Shown piece after piece: positions 29,275 through 41,487 of a stretch of DNA of 64,000 nucleotides. The notes beneath the pieces were generated by a model. That model was not told the DNA's origin, did not search any database, and saw only the letters and a list, made by a program, of their open reading frames with translations. A program made the position numbers and the translations under genes. The first letter of the stretch is position 1. The number at the start of each line of letters is the position of its first letter. Source of the DNA: an uncultured Candidatus Rokubacteria bacterium (GTDB lineage Bacteria; Methylomirabilota; Methylomirabilia; Rokubacteriales; CSP1-6). The stretch spans positions 512,001 to 576,000 of the forward strand of contig CAWBMV010000022.1 of the NCBI GenBank assembly GCA_963789955.1, in the 5' to 3' direction.

Positions 29275-32200
29275 ATGTCCCAGATGACACGACGGGATTT
29301 CGTCAAGCTCGGCGCCGTCAGTGCGGGGGCGCTGGGCGCCACCCCCCTGGGCTTCGATCTCGCGGAGGCGGTCCAGGTCAAGCGGGACCTCCGGATCGAG
29401 GGCGCGAAGGAAGTGCACTCGCTGTGTCCGTACTGCGCGGTCGGGTGCTCGATCATCGCCTACACCAAGGACGACGGGAAGGGCCACGCGAAGCTGCTGC
29501 AGATCGAGGGCGACCCCGACAGCCCGGTCAACGAGGGCCGGCTCTGCCCGAAGGGCGCCACGTCGATGCAGCTCGCCGTGTCGACCCGGCGTGTCGAGAA
29601 GCCGCTCTATCGCGCGCCCGGGCAGCGACAAGTGGCAGGAGATCTCCTGGGACGAGATGCTCGACAAGCTCGCCCAGCGCATCAAGGAATCGCGCGACGC
29701 GACGTTCGTCACCACCGACGCCAAGGGCAACACCGTCAACCGTTGCGAAGGCGTCGCCTTCGCCGGCGGCGCCGCCTTCAGCAGTGAGGAGGGCTATTTC
29801 GCCGCCAAGCTCATGCGCACCCTGGGGGTGGTGCACATAGAACAGCAGGCCCGAGTCTGACACGGCCCCACGGTCGTCAGTCTGGCGGCCACATTCGGTA
29901 GGGGCGCGATGACGAATCACTGGCGTGACATTCAGCACGCCGACGTGATCATGATCAACGGGGCGAATCCGGCCGAGGCTCACCCGGTCGGCTTCCAGTG
30001 GTTCCTGAAGGCGAAGCTCGATCCGCGGCGCGGGATCGGCCGCGGCGGCGGCGCCAAGATGATCCACATCGATCCGCGGTTCACCCGGACCTCCGCGGTG
30101 TCGGACGTCTATGCGCGGATCCGGACCGGCACCGACGTCGCCTTCTTCGGCGGCCTGATCAACTACGTCCTCGAGAAGAACCTGATCCACCACGAGTACG
30201 TGAAGAACTACACGAACGCGTCGTTCATCGTGAAGCAGGGGTTCGGCTTCAGCGAAGGGCTGTTCAGCGGCTACGACCCGGTCAAGCGCACGTACGACAC
30301 CGCGACGTGGGCCTACGAGGGCGACGCGCCCGCCCAGGCCGCGTTCGAGCGCGACGCAGAAGGAGATCATCGCCGGCGGTCAGGGCCCGGCCGGCGCCGG
30401 CGCCGGGGTGGCGCTCGCCAAGCGCGACATGCACCTCGAGCACCCGCGCTCGGTGTTCCAGCTCCTGCGCAAGCACTACGCGCGCTACACGCCCGAGATG
30501 GTCGCGTCGATCACCGGCATTCCCGCGGATCAGTTCCTGGAGATCGCCAAGATCGTCGGCGAGACCGGCCGGCCCGACAAGGTGATGACGATCGTCTACG
30601 CGGTCGGGCTCACGCACCACACCACCGGCGGCCAGCTGATCCGCACCGGCGCGCCCTGCTGCAGCTCCTGCTCGGCAACATGGGGCGCCCGGGCGGCGGC
30701 ATGAACGCCGAGCGCGGTCACGCCAACATCCAGGGCAACACCGACAACGCGATCTCGTGGGAGATCCTGCCCGGCTATCTCCGGATCCCGGCGCCGGGCC
30801 AGAAGAACCTGGACGACTACGTGACCCAGAGCGCGCCCAAGAAGTTCGACGCGAACTCCTGGAACTTCTTCGGCACGAACTATCGGAAGTTCATGGTCAG
30901 CCTGCTCAAGACCTGGTACGGCGACGCGGCGACGGACAAGAACGAGTACGCGTTCGACTTCATTCCCAAGCCGGCGACGAACTCGTCGTGGATCTCGATC
31001 TACGACCAGGCGCTCAAGAAGAAGATGGAAGGCGTCATCCTGTCGGGCATGACGGCGACCAGCATCGGCCCCGACGCCAACCAGGTGATGACGGCGCTCG
31101 GCAACCTCAAGTGGCTGGCAGTGATGGACCCGCTGCCGACGACCAGCTCGGAGTTCTGGCGGCGGCCCGGCGCGGATCCCAAGACGATCCAGACCGAAGT
31201 CTTCATGATCCCGAGCACGCACTGGATCGAGAAGGACGGCTCGTTCGTGAACAGCGGCCGGTGGATGCAGTGGAAGGACGCGGCGATTCCGCCCGAGGGC
31301 GCCCGCCACGACCACTGGGTCCTGGCCGACGTGTTCCAGCGCGTGAAGAAGCTCTACACGCAGCAGGGCGGCAAGTTCCCGGCGCCGCTGATGGCGGTGA
31401 CGATGAACTACAAGGACCCGATGAAGCCGGAGCTCGACGAGATCTGCCAGGAGATCAACGGCTTCGATCTGACGACCGGCAAGCGGATGGCGACGCTTCG
31501 GCGCGCTCAAGGACGACGGGACGACCACCGCCGGCAACTGGATCTACACCGGCTCGTATCCCGACGCCGGCAACCTCTCGAAGCGTCGCGCCGGCATCCA
31601 GGATCCGAAGAAGAACGACCCGACCGGCATGGGCTTCTATCACAACTGGGCGTGGAGCTGGCCGCTCAACCGGAGGGTTCTGTACAACCGCGCGTCCGCC
31701 GATCTCAACGGCAAGGCGTGGGATCCGGCGCGCCCGGGCATCCAGTGGGACGAGGCGGACAAGAAGTGGAAGGGGGACGTGCCCGACTATCCGCCGACGA
31801 TGGAGCCGAAGAACCCGAAGGCCTGGGGGCCGTTCATCATGAACGGCGAGGGCGTCGGGCGGCTCTTCTCCAGCTCGATGCTCGACGGGCCCTTCCCCGA
31901 GCACTACGAGCCGGTCGAGTCGCCGGTCGAGAACCCGCTGCATCCCAAGCAGTCGGAGTCACCGGTCGTGTTCCTGTACGACAAGCAGGCCGGTCGTGAG
32001 AACCGCTTCGGCACGGTCAAGGACTATCCGTACATCGCGACCAGCTACCGGCTGACCGAGCACGAGCACTACGTCACGCAGCACGTGCCGGCCCTGGTCG
32101 GGCTTCAGCCGAAGCCCTTTGTCGAGATACCCGAAGAGGTCGCGAAGGACAAGGGCATCCAGACCGGCGATCGCGTTCGCGTGAGCTCCAAGCGGGGCAA

Positions 32201-32435
32201 GCTCGAGGTGCTGGCGGTCGTGACCAAGCGCCTGGGCGGCCTCGAGGTCAACGGCAAGAAGGTCTATCACATCGGGATTCCGATCCACTGGGGCTTCGTC
32301 GGCATCGCCGCCGACCGGGATCCGACCAAGGGCGCCAACTGGCTCGCCAACGCGCTGACGCCGTTCGTGGGCGACGCCAACTCGCGCACACCGGAGTTCA
32401 AGGCGTTCCTGGTGAACATCGAGAAGATTGGATGA
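29275..32435 (+). CDS. fdnG: Tat-exported selenocysteine formate dehydrogenase alpha subunit; four apparent insertion frameshifts (~29622, ~30344, ~30652, ~31497)
   Basis: TRRDFVK Tat motif; CPYCAVGC...LCPKG; QARV-UGA-HGPTV..L..TFGRGAMTNHW; RGHANIQG; TPEFKAFLVNIEK. Confidence 0.92.
29858..29890 (+). promoter_or_regulatory. In-frame UGA (Sec) plus bacterial SECIS hairpin
   Basis: TGA at 29858-29860; 11 nt later GGTCGTCA-GTC-TGGCGGCC can form a stem-loop. Confidence 0.8.
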
Positions 32436-33235
32436 AGGAGACCGCCGTCGCATCGCACGTCACGGAGGCCTGGGCCCGGCGCCGTCGCCGGGCTCGGCGG
32501 CTCGTCGAGCGCCATGCCTTCGCGCGCGACCTGCTGCGGCTCTACGAGGCGCTACTCGACGTGCAGGAGCCCGCGTTCCTGAGGGCGCGGGACGATCAGC
32601 CCGACCCGGCAAGCCTGGCCGGCTACGCGGCGCGCATCATCGACGAGGTTGCCGAGGCGACGAGCACCGCCGGGCCCCCAACCCTGGCGGTCGCGGTGCG
32701 CGAACGGCTCCGCGAAGCGAAGCCGGCCGGGTTCATCACCCGATGGCTTGCCGGCGAGCGGCAGGCGCCGGTCGACGAATATCTGGCGCGGGCCGCGGTC
32801 GCGCCCGTGCTCGAGGCGCTGGGGCCCGCGGCCGGCGGCGCCTGCTCCGGCCGGCCGGCCGAAGGCGGTTGTCCTCGCTGCGGTGGCCTGCCGCAGCTTT
32901 CGTATCTGACCGATGCCGGCGAGACCCTGGTCAGTGGCCCGCGCATGCTCTTGTGCTCCCGTTGTGGCGAGAGCTGGATCCATCAGCGCATGACGTGCGC
33001 CGGGTGCGGTGAGCAAGCCACGAACAAGCTGCCGATCTTCGCCGACGGTGATCGCTTCCCGCATCTGCGCGCCGACGCCTGCGACACGTGCCGGCGCTAC
33101 CTGATCACGATCGATCTTCGCAAGGACGCGGACGCGGTGCCCGTCGTCGACGAGCTCATCGCGCTCCCGCTCGACCTCTACGTCAAGGAGCGCGGCTTCA
33201 CCAAGATCGTGCCCAATCTGATGGCGATCGGATAG
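32432..33235 (+). CDS. fdhE: Formate dehydrogenase maturation protein
   Basis: CPRCG, CSRC, CAGCGE, CDTCRRY motifs; DELIALPLD. Confidence 0.9.
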   Translation: MKETAVASHVTEAWARRRRRARRLVERHAFARDLLRLYEALLDVQEPAFLRARDDQPDPASLAGYAARIIDEVAEATSTAGPPTLAVAVRERLREAKPAGFITRWLAGERQAPVDEYLARAAVAPVLEALGPAAGGACSGRPAEGGCPRCGGLPQLSYLTDAGETLVSGPRMLLCSRCGESWIHQRMTCAGCGEQATNKLPIFADGDRFPHLRADACDTCRRYLITIDLRKDADAVPVVDELIALPLDLYVKERGFTKIVPNLMAIG

Positions 33236-33245
33236 GAGAATCGCA

Positions 33246-34010
33246 ATGGCGCGAACGGTCGGCTTCTTCACCGACACGACGCTCTGTATCGGCTGCAAAG
33301 CCTGCGAGGTGGCGTGCAAGGAGTGGAACCAGCTCCCCGGGCACGCGCCTCAGTTCGGCGACGGCTACGACAATACCGGCCAGCTCGACGAGCAGAACTG
33401 GCGTCACGTCCAGTTCCACGAGCGGACCACCGCCAAGGGCGGCGTCGCCTGGAACATGATGAGCGACGTGTGCAAGCACTGCGCGATGGCGAGCTGCATG
33501 GAAGTGTGCCCGACCAACGCGATCATCCGGACGGAGTTCGACACCGTCTACATCCAGCCGGACGTCTGCAACGGCTGCCGTGACTGCATCGCGGCCTGCC
33601 CGTACCACGTCATCGGCTTCGACGAGGCCAGCGGCCTGGCCCGCAAGTGCACGTTCTGCTACGACCGGCTGCAGGCCAACCTGATGCCGGCCTGCGCCAA
33701 GGCGTGTCCGACCGAGTCGATCAAGTTCGGCGAGCTCGGCACGATGCGCGAGGTCGCCGGCGCGCGGCTGAATCAGCTGCGCGGGCAGGGGATGTCGGAG
33801 GCGCGACTCTACGGTGAAAAGGAGTACGGCGGCCTGCACGCGCTGTTTCTGTTGACCGACAAGCCGGAAGCCTACGGGCTCCCCAACACCGAGAGCGCGG
33901 TGCTGCCGAGCCGGAACAACGTGCGCGGCTATCTCGGCTCCCTGGTGACGGCCGTGCTCGGCGTCGTCGGCGCCGTCTTCGCGTTCCGCGAGCGCGGCGG
34001 GAAGGAGTAG
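33246..34010 (+). CDS. 4Fe-4S electron-transfer (FdnH/HybA-like) subunit
   Basis: DTTLCIGCKACEVACKEWN, CKHC...CP, CNGCRDC..ACP, KCTFCYDR..CAKACP; C-terminal TM helix. Confidence 0.92.
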   Translation: MARTVGFFTDTTLCIGCKACEVACKEWNQLPGHAPQFGDGYDNTGQLDEQNWRHVQFHERTTAKGGVAWNMMSDVCKHCAMASCMEVCPTNAIIRTEFDTVYIQPDVCNGCRDCIAACPYHVIGFDEASGLARKCTFCYDRLQANLMPACAKACPTESIKFGELGTMREVAGARLNQLRGQGMSEARLYGEKEYGGLHALFLLTDKPEAYGLPNTESAVLPSRNNVRGYLGSLVTAVLGVVGAVFAFRERGGKE

Positions 34011-34014
34011 CGCC

Positions 34015-34877
34015 ATGGACCACTTCGTCGCGCCGCCGCAGTGGGAGTGGTACATCGTCTGGTATTTCTTCCTGGGTGGTATCGCGGGCGGCGTGTACGC
34101 GCTGGGCGCGATCCTGCGCGCTGATGGGCGACGAGCGGGACGCGCCCGTCGCGCGGCTCGCCTTTCTGCTGAGCCTGCCGGTCCTGGCCATCTGCCCGAT
34201 CTTGCTGACGCTCGATCTCGGGCGGCCGCTGCGGTTCTGGCACATGATGATCGACAGCCGCACCTTCGGCCTCAACTTCAAGTACTGGTCGCCGATGTCC
34301 GTCGGCGTCTGGGGGCTGCTGATCTTCGGCCTGTTCGCGCTGGTGTCGTTCCTGGACGCGCTGCCGAGCCTGCGAGGCTCACGCCGCTCCGTTCCTGCGC
34401 GGCGGTCTCGGCCGCGTGTTCGTGATCGTCGGCGCCGTCTTCGGACTGTTCCTGGCGGGCTACACCGGAGTCCTGCTGAGCGTGAGCAACCAGCCGATCT
34501 GGAGCGACACGTGGACGCTCGGCGCCCTGTTCCTGGCGTCGGGCCTGAGCGTGGCCGCGGCCGCGCTCAGCCTCGTGACACGTCTGGGCCGCCACGAGCA
34601 AAGCGCCGAGGCGAAGCTCACCCGGGTCGATCGTTACTTCACGGTCCTGGAGCTGGCGCTCCTCGTGGTCTTCTTCCTGAGCCTCGGCGCGCTCGGCTCG
34701 CGGTTCCTGGAGCCGCGCTGGATGGCGCTCTGGGTGGTCGTGCTGGTCGGCACGCTCGTGCCGCTGGCGCTCCACTTCTCGACCGAGCGCCGCGCGCCCG
34801 CCATGCTCGCGGCCGTCCTGACCCTGATGGGCGGGCTGGCCCTGCGCATCGTCGTGGTGTTCGGAGCGCAGATGTAG
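34015..34877 (+). CDS. NrfD/PsrC-family membrane anchor; frameshifts at ~34120 and ~34380
   Basis: YFFLGGIAGG, DLGRPLRFWH, SPMSVG, YTGVLLS..NQPIW. Confidence 0.88.
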
Positions 34878-34903
34878 GGAGGATCTCCGCCTCTCCTGTC
34901 CCC

Positions 34904-35570
34904 ATGCTGAAGATCGGAGTGCGGTTACCCGCGGCAGTTCGAGGACTCCGGAGACTATCTGGCCGACGCACGCGCCATGGAGTCGGCCGGCGCCGACTCG
35001 TTGTGGCTCGACGACGACGGCTACGACCCCTGGCTGCTGCTGGCGGGCATGGCGACCATCACCGGCCGCATCCGTCTCGTCGCCCCGGTCGCGAGCGCCG
35101 AGCTGCGCGCGTCCAAGGATCTCGAGGCGAAGATCGCGACGTTGAGCCGTCTGTCACGCGGCCGCATGGCGCTCGCCGTCACCGGCGCGGCCGAAGGCGG
35201 GGCCGGGGTCGATGCCGCCATCGCGCTCGCCCGGGGCGCGCACTGCTGCGTGATTCTCGAGACCGCGAGCGATCGTCGCGCGGGCCTGGCCGACGGCGTG
35301 ATCGGCTTCAGCGAGTCGCCCGAGCGGTTCCGCGCCGCGGTCGAGCCCGTCGCGAAATTCCGCGAGCGCGAGAAGCTCACCGGCGCCTTCGAGCGCTGGG
35401 CCGCGATCAAGATGCCGGACGATCGCGAGACCTGGCGCCGACTGCGCCACGAATACGAAGAAGCCGGCGCCACCGGCATCGTCGTCCCCCTCGATCCTCG
35501 ACTGCTCGATCTCCTCCGCAACGGAGACGAGGAGGAGGATCGCTCCGACCTGGGGCTGGCGCAGGGCTGA
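34904..35570 (+). CDS. Short LLM-class oxidoreductase-like protein; frameshift at ~34932
   Basis: MLKIGVRLP...GADSLW..DPWLLLAGMATIT.RIRL...LSRGR. Confidence 0.65.
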
Positions 35571-35578
35571 GCCCCGCG

Positions 35579-36931
35579 TCAGGCGCCCGCCACCACGCGG
35601 GCGAGATCGCTCACGTCGGGCGTGCGCTCGAGGCTCGTCGACCGCCTCGACGACGGCCGCGGCCGTGCGCCGGGTCGAGCACCGAGGCCGTGTACCGTCG
35701 AAACTTCTCCGCGGCTTCGTTCCAGGTGAACGGATTGCTCGGGGCACCTTTGTGGGGACGGGTGCGGACCGCGTGGCGCTGCCCTCCGCACTCGATGACG
35801 ATCTCGGCGGGCCAGAAGCCGGGTGTCTCGTGTGACGCCGCCTCCCGCGGCACCAGCTCGATCCGGCGCGCCAGGCCGCGGACGATCGGGTCCGCGACCG
35901 CGTCGGCGTCGTAGACGAGCGGGTTGGACATGTCGCGGGTCAGCGCGACCGCGGCCGTGAAGGGCAGGCTGTACTGGCCGCCCAGCACGTCGTGCGGCTC
36001 GCGCGCCGCGTGCCGTTCCTCCATGATCCGCGGCGCGCCGCTGATCACCACGCGCGTGATCGCCGCGGGCTCGAGCGGATGCTCGCGCTTGAGGTCCTGG
36101 ATCGCCTGGACGACCGCCTGCTGCGTGACGTGCGTCGCGTACGACTTGAGCGACGGAGGCTCGATGGCCCACTCGGCGCCGAGGCCGTCCACGAGCTTCT
36201 CCAGCCGTGGCGGCGTCGAGAACGCGTTGAAGTAGCCGGAGCGGCCCTCGAGGACCGTCGGCGGGGCCGCGCACGCCCTGGCGCGCGAGCAGCGCGCTCT
36301 CGAGCCCGAGCTGACTCGCGCGTCCCAGATGCAGGCGCTTGGTGTCGCCGCCGCTCCACGCGAACTCGAGGAGCCCCGCGCTCGACGAGCCCGCGATGCC
36401 CAGCGCGTCGGTCAGCCGCTCCGCGTCGAATCCGTAGAGCTTGCCCACCGCGGCGGCGGCGCCGAACGGTCCCTGCGTGCCCGGATTGTGAAAGCCGCGT
36501 ACGGTCTCGAGGCCGACGGCGGTGCGCGCGATCCGCGCCGAGACCTCGAAGCCGAGCGCCAGCGCGGTGAGGAACGCGACGCCGTCGAGCCGCTCCCGCT
36601 CGCACACCGCGAGCGCCGCCGGCAGCACGGTGCCGCTGGCGTGGGAGCCGGTCAAGGGCTCGCATTCGAAGGCGCCGATGAGCACGCCGTTGGCGAGCGC
36701 GGCGCGCGCCACGTCGGTCCGCCAGCCGTGATGGATCACCGAGGCCTGCGGCGCGCCGCCGAGATCCTTGACCACCGCCACGATGCGCTGCGCCCACGGC
36801 AGCCGGGTGCCGACGAGCGCCGCGCCGAACGTGTCCAGGACGGTGATCTTGAGGTTCTCGACCAGCCGCCGGGGCAGGTCGGCGAACGTGGTCTCGGCGA
36901 CGAAGCGGGCGAGCGTGCGCGTGTCGTTCAT
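35579..36931 (-). CDS. MmgE/PrpD family protein; frameshifts at ~36262 and ~35640-35670
   Basis: ANGVLIGAFE, RGFHNPGT, TKRLHLGRA, KSYATH, GQYSLPF, KGAPSNP. Confidence 0.85.
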   Translation of the reverse strand: MNDTRTLARFVAETTFADLPRRLVENLKITVLDTFGAALVGTRLPWAQRIVAVVKDLGGAPQASVIHHGWRTDVARAALANGVLIGAFECEPLTGSHASGTVLPAALAVCERERLDGVAFLTALALGFEVSARIARTAVGLETVRGFHNPGTQGPFGAAAAVGKLYGFDAERLTDALGIAGSSSAGLLEFAWSGGDTKRLHLGRASQLGLESALLARQGVRGPADGPRGPLRLLQRVLDAATAGEARGRPRRRVGHRASVAQVVRDARHAAGGRPGDPGPQARASARARGDHARGDQRRAADHGGTARGARAARRAGRPVQPALHGRGRADPRHVQPARLRRRRGRGPDRPRPGAPDRAGAAGGGVTRDTRLLARRDRHRVRRAAPRGPHPSPQRCPEQSVHLERSRGEVSTVHGLGARPGARPRPSSRRSTSLERTPDVSDLARVVAGA

Positions 36932-37056
36932 GCGCCGCCGCGAGTATACCGGCGTCGCGGCCCGCCCGGCGGCGAGACGCGCGGCCGGCGATGGTGCTAA
37001 GCTGCGGCCTCGATCTCGGCGCGCCCGGCGCGCACGACGGCAGCGGAAAGGGACCC

Positions 37057-38472
37057 ATGAGCAGCGATCTCTGCTTCTCCACGGCGGTGGAGCTGGCGCG
37101 GCGGATCCGCGCGCGCGAGGTGTCGGTCACCGAAGTCGTCCAGGCGCACCTGGCGCAGATCGCGCGGGTGAATCCGAAGGTGAACGCGATCGTCACGCTC
37201 ACCGCCGAGCGCGCGCTGGCCGAGGCGCGCGAGAAGGACGCGGCGCTCGCGCGCGGCGAGGCCGCCGGGCCGCTCTTCGGCCTGCCGGTCGCGCACAAGG
37301 ACCTGGTGCCGACGCGGGGCATCCGGACGACCTACGGGTCGCCGATCTACCGCGACAACGTCCCGGAGCAGGACGCGCTCCTGGTCGAGCGGCTGCGGGC
37401 GGCCGGCGCGATCACCTTCGGCAAGACGAACACGCCCGAGTTCGGCGCCGGCTCGCAGACCTTCAACGAGGTCTTCGGCCGCACGCTCAACCCGTACGAT
37501 CCGACGAAGACGTGCGGCGGCTCGAGCGGCGGCGCCGCCGTCGCGCTCGCGTGCGGCATGGTGCCGATCGCGGACGGCAGCGATACCGGCGGCTCGCTCC
37601 GCAACCCGGCGAGCTTCTGCAACGTGGTCGGCCTGCGCGGCGCGGTCGGCCGGGTCCCGCCGTGGCCGACGGATGCGCCGTGGGGCACCCTGCACGTGCC
37701 CGGCGCCATGGCGCGCACCGTCGCGGACCTGGCGCTGATGCTGAGCGCGATGGCCGGTCCCGATCGCCGCTCGCCGGTCGCGATCGCGGAGCCGGGCGAC
37801 CGCTTCCGCGGCGACCTCGGGCGCGATTTCAAGGGCGTGCGGATCGCCTGGAGCCGCGATCTCGGCGGGCTGCCGATCGACCGGCGGGTGACGAAGGTGC
37901 TCGACGCGCAGCGCGCGACGTTCGAGGCGCTCGGCTGCCGGATCGAGGACGGCGCGCCCGATTTCACCGACGCCCGGCAGATCTTCCAGGTGCAGCGCGC
38001 GCTGAGCTTCGCCACCCGGTACGGACCGCTGCTCGCCCAGCATCGCCACCAGATGAAGGACACGGTCATCTGGAACGTCGAGGAGGGGCTCAAGCTGACC
38101 GCGCGGGAGATCGGCGAGGCCGAGGTGCAGCGCGCGCGGCTCTATCATCGCGTGCGCGAGTTCATGGAGCGCCACGAGTTCCTGCTGATCCCCACCGTGC
38201 AGGTGCCGCCGTTCGACGTCACCCAGCCGTACGTCACCGAGATCGACGGCGTGCGGCTGCCCACGTACATCGACTGGATGCGCTCCTGCTCGGACATCAC
38301 GGTGACGGGCTTGCCGGCCATCTCGGTCCCCGCCGGCTTCACGGACGAGGGACTGCCGGTCGGGCTGCAGATCGTCGGACGTCACCAGGACGAGTGGGGC
38401 GTGCTCCAGATCGCGCACGCGTTCGAGCAGGCTACCGGGTTCTACCGACGGCGGCCGGCGCTCGCCGGCTGA
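37057..38472 (+). CDS. Amidase (amidase signature family)
   Basis: HKDL, GKTNTPEFG, GGSSGG, GSDTGGSLRNPA. Confidence 0.93.
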   Translation: MSSDLCFSTAVELARRIRAREVSVTEVVQAHLAQIARVNPKVNAIVTLTAERALAEAREKDAALARGEAAGPLFGLPVAHKDLVPTRGIRTTYGSPIYRDNVPEQDALLVERLRAAGAITFGKTNTPEFGAGSQTFNEVFGRTLNPYDPTKTCGGSSGGAAVALACGMVPIADGSDTGGSLRNPASFCNVVGLRGAVGRVPPWPTDAPWGTLHVPGAMARTVADLALMLSAMAGPDRRSPVAIAEPGDRFRGDLGRDFKGVRIAWSRDLGGLPIDRRVTKVLDAQRATFEALGCRIEDGAPDFTDARQIFQVQRALSFATRYGPLLAQHRHQMKDTVIWNVEEGLKLTAREIGEAEVQRARLYHRVREFMERHEFLLIPTVQVPPFDVTQPYVTEIDGVRLPTYIDWMRSCSDITVTGLPAISVPAGFTDEGLPVGLQIVGRHQDEWGVLQIAHAFEQATGFYRRRPALAG

Positions 38473-38481
38473 GCCGCGGCG

Positions 38482-38811
38482 TCACCGTTCGACATCGCTG
38501 CCTGTTCGAAGGCTCGGGTCGAGCAGCTCGCCGTCGATGTCGATGAAGACGATCGACTCGGCGTCGGGGGCGCGCTGCACCCAGATCGCCGACGCCACGA
38601 CGCCCGTCTGCAGATTCAATCCCTGCCAGACGCCGCCGGTCGGCGGGCGATCGCGTCGACTGCGCGTCACCGCAAGCTTGTATTCGGCGAACCCCTCGTG
38701 CGCGAGCGCCTCGACGACGTCTCGAGGCTGCGCGGCCCACGCCTGATCGTTCTCGGACCAATGCATCTTGCCGCTCTGCCGTAGCTCGCTCAGCCCTGGA
38801 AGCTGCTCCAT
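38482..38811 (-). CDS. Hypothetical protein
   Basis: AGGAGG RBS before MEQLPGL; GGVWQGLN...ASAIWV...VFIDIDGE. Confidence 0.7.
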   Translation of the reverse strand: MEQLPGLSELRQSGKMHWSENDQAWAAQPRDVVEALAHEGFAEYKLAVTRSRRDRPPTGGVWQGLNLQTGVVASAIWVQRAPDAESIVFIDIDGELLDPSLRTGSDVER

Positions 38812-38925
38812 GCGCACCTCCTGGCGGCTTGATCGTCCTACCCCAGTGATAGCTCGAGCGCGATTGCCCGGTGATGACGAGTCGATGACCACGTCGTGAA
38901 CTTCGACCTCAGGGGCTGTACCGCA

Positions 38926-38941
38926 CGCAAGGTGCTTGCCA
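38926..38941 (-). promoter_or_regulatory. sigma54 (-24/-12) promoter
   Basis: TGGCAAGCACCTTGCG (GG-N10-GC) pointing at the 38811 gene. Confidence 0.7.
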
Positions 38942-39481
38942 CGCAGATGGACGCCGCGGCTCGCGCCGCGATCGCGGCGGCAAGTGTCGGCAAACGCGAG
39001 CGTGTCGCTCGGCGTGGCGAGCTCGAGCCTGAGGGTTCGGCATTCGGGACGCCGCAAGAACGGTCACACGCTCGCGCCCGGTGCCCGAACCGGGTGCAGC
39101 GAGATCAAGACGTTAGCGCGTGTGGCCGTCGATCGTCCGGGTGAGCGCTTCCGCCACACTCGCGCCTCGCCATTCCTTGACATCGTTTTGGAGCGCCAAT
39201 ACTCTGGCGTGGTAATTCATGCGACACGCAGCGCGTCCCGGTTTCTTTCTGCTTGGCTCGCCGGCTTTTCGCCTCCCCGGCCGAGGCGTGTTCTGATCGT
39301 CTAGTCCTCGCCACGCCGCGCGGCCCGTGTCGAGCTTGCCGCGCGCGACGTCGGTTCACTCCGTTGTCTCGGTCCGCGAAGCGCGGCAGTCCGCGCGCGC
39401 GCCGGAGCGCCGATTGTGAGTCGCCGGCCGAACGACCCCGATCAAGGACATGCAAGTGAGGACAAACAGAAATGACTCGAC

Positions 39482-40478
<997 letters not shown>

Positions 40479-40509
40479 TACTCTTTCACCCGAGCGGTGG
40501 AGATTTGCC

Positions 40510-41472
40510 ATGAAAGCCTACTGGATCAGCCCTGGCCCCGCCGGAACCGGTGTCGAGCTGCGCGAGACCGCCACACCCGAGCCGAAGGCCGGCGAGATTC
40601 TCGTCCGGGTGCGCGCCGCCTCGCTGAACCGCGGCGAGCTACTGGGCGGCGTGTACGGCGCGGCGCCGAAGCCCGGCGGAGGCGAGTGCGCGGGCGAGGT
40701 GGTCAAGGTCGGTGAGGGCGTCACTGGCGTCGCGATCGGCGCGCGCATGATGGGACGCTGCGGCGGCGGCTTCGCCGAGCTCGCCGTGATGGACGCGCGC
40801 GAGGCCCTGCGGGTGCCGGAGCGGCTCACGTGGGAGGAAGCGGCCGCCGCTCCGCTCACCTTCATCGTCGTCTACGACATGCTGATCGCTCAGGGCCATC
40901 TGGCCGCCGGCCAGTGGCTGCTCGTCACCGCGGTCTCGTCCGGAGTCGGCGTGGCCGCGCTTCAGACGGCCAAGGCGCTGGGGGCGCGCGTCATCGGCAC
41001 CTCCGGGTCCGCCGAGAAGCTGGCGCGGCTCGAGAAGCTCGGGCTCGACGTCGGCCTGTGCACGCGCGCCGGCGATTTCCACGACGCGGTCGTGAAGGCC
41101 ACGGACGGCAAGGGCGTGAACCTCGTGGTCAACAACGTCGGCGGCTCGGTCTTCGGCGAGTGCATGAAGTCGCTGGCCTTCGAGGGGCGACTGGCAACGG
41201 TGGGTCATCTGGACCGCGTCCTGTCCGCCGCGCTGGATATCGAGCTGCTCCACCGCAAGCGCCTCACCGTATTCGGCGTCAGCAACCGCCTGCGGACCGC
41301 GGCGCAGCGCGCCGAGACCGTGCGCGCGTTCGCGCGCGACGTGCTGCCGTACTTCGCCGACGGGCGGCTGCGCCCGCTGGTCGACCGGGTCTTCGGCTTC
41401 GACGAGCTGCCGGCCGCCGTTCAGTTCATGGAGTCGGACGCACAGGTCGGCAAGATCGTCGTCCGCGTCTGA
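40510..41472 (+). CDS. MDR-family NADPH:quinone oxidoreductase-like protein
   Basis: [28 protein letters not shown]. Confidence 0.88.
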   Translation: MKAYWISPGPAGTGVELRETATPEPKAGEILVRVRAASLNRGELLGGVYGAAPKPGGGECAGEVVKVGEGVTGVAIGARMMGRCGGGFAELAVMDAREALRVPERLTWEEAAAAPLTFIVVYDMLIAQGHLAAGQWLLVTAVSSGVGVAALQTAKALGARVIGTSGSAEKLARLEKLGLDVGLCTRAGDFHDAVVKATDGKGVNLVVNNVGGSVFGECMKSLAFEGRLATVGHLDRVLSAALDIELLHRKRLTVFGVSNRLRTAAQRAETVRAFARDVLPYFADGRLRPLVDRVFGFDELPAAVQFMESDAQVGKIVVRV

Positions 41473-41487
41473 TCCGCGGAGCCGGTC

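Noticed and set aside
29275..32435. fdnG as a pseudogene or programmed-frameshift gene
   Set aside because: The UGA sits at the Sec position, and the other breaks match the window-wide insertion-error pattern with no clear slippery sites
39204..39220. sigma54 promoter TGGCGTGGTAATTCAT
   Set aside because: Lacks the conserved GC at -12
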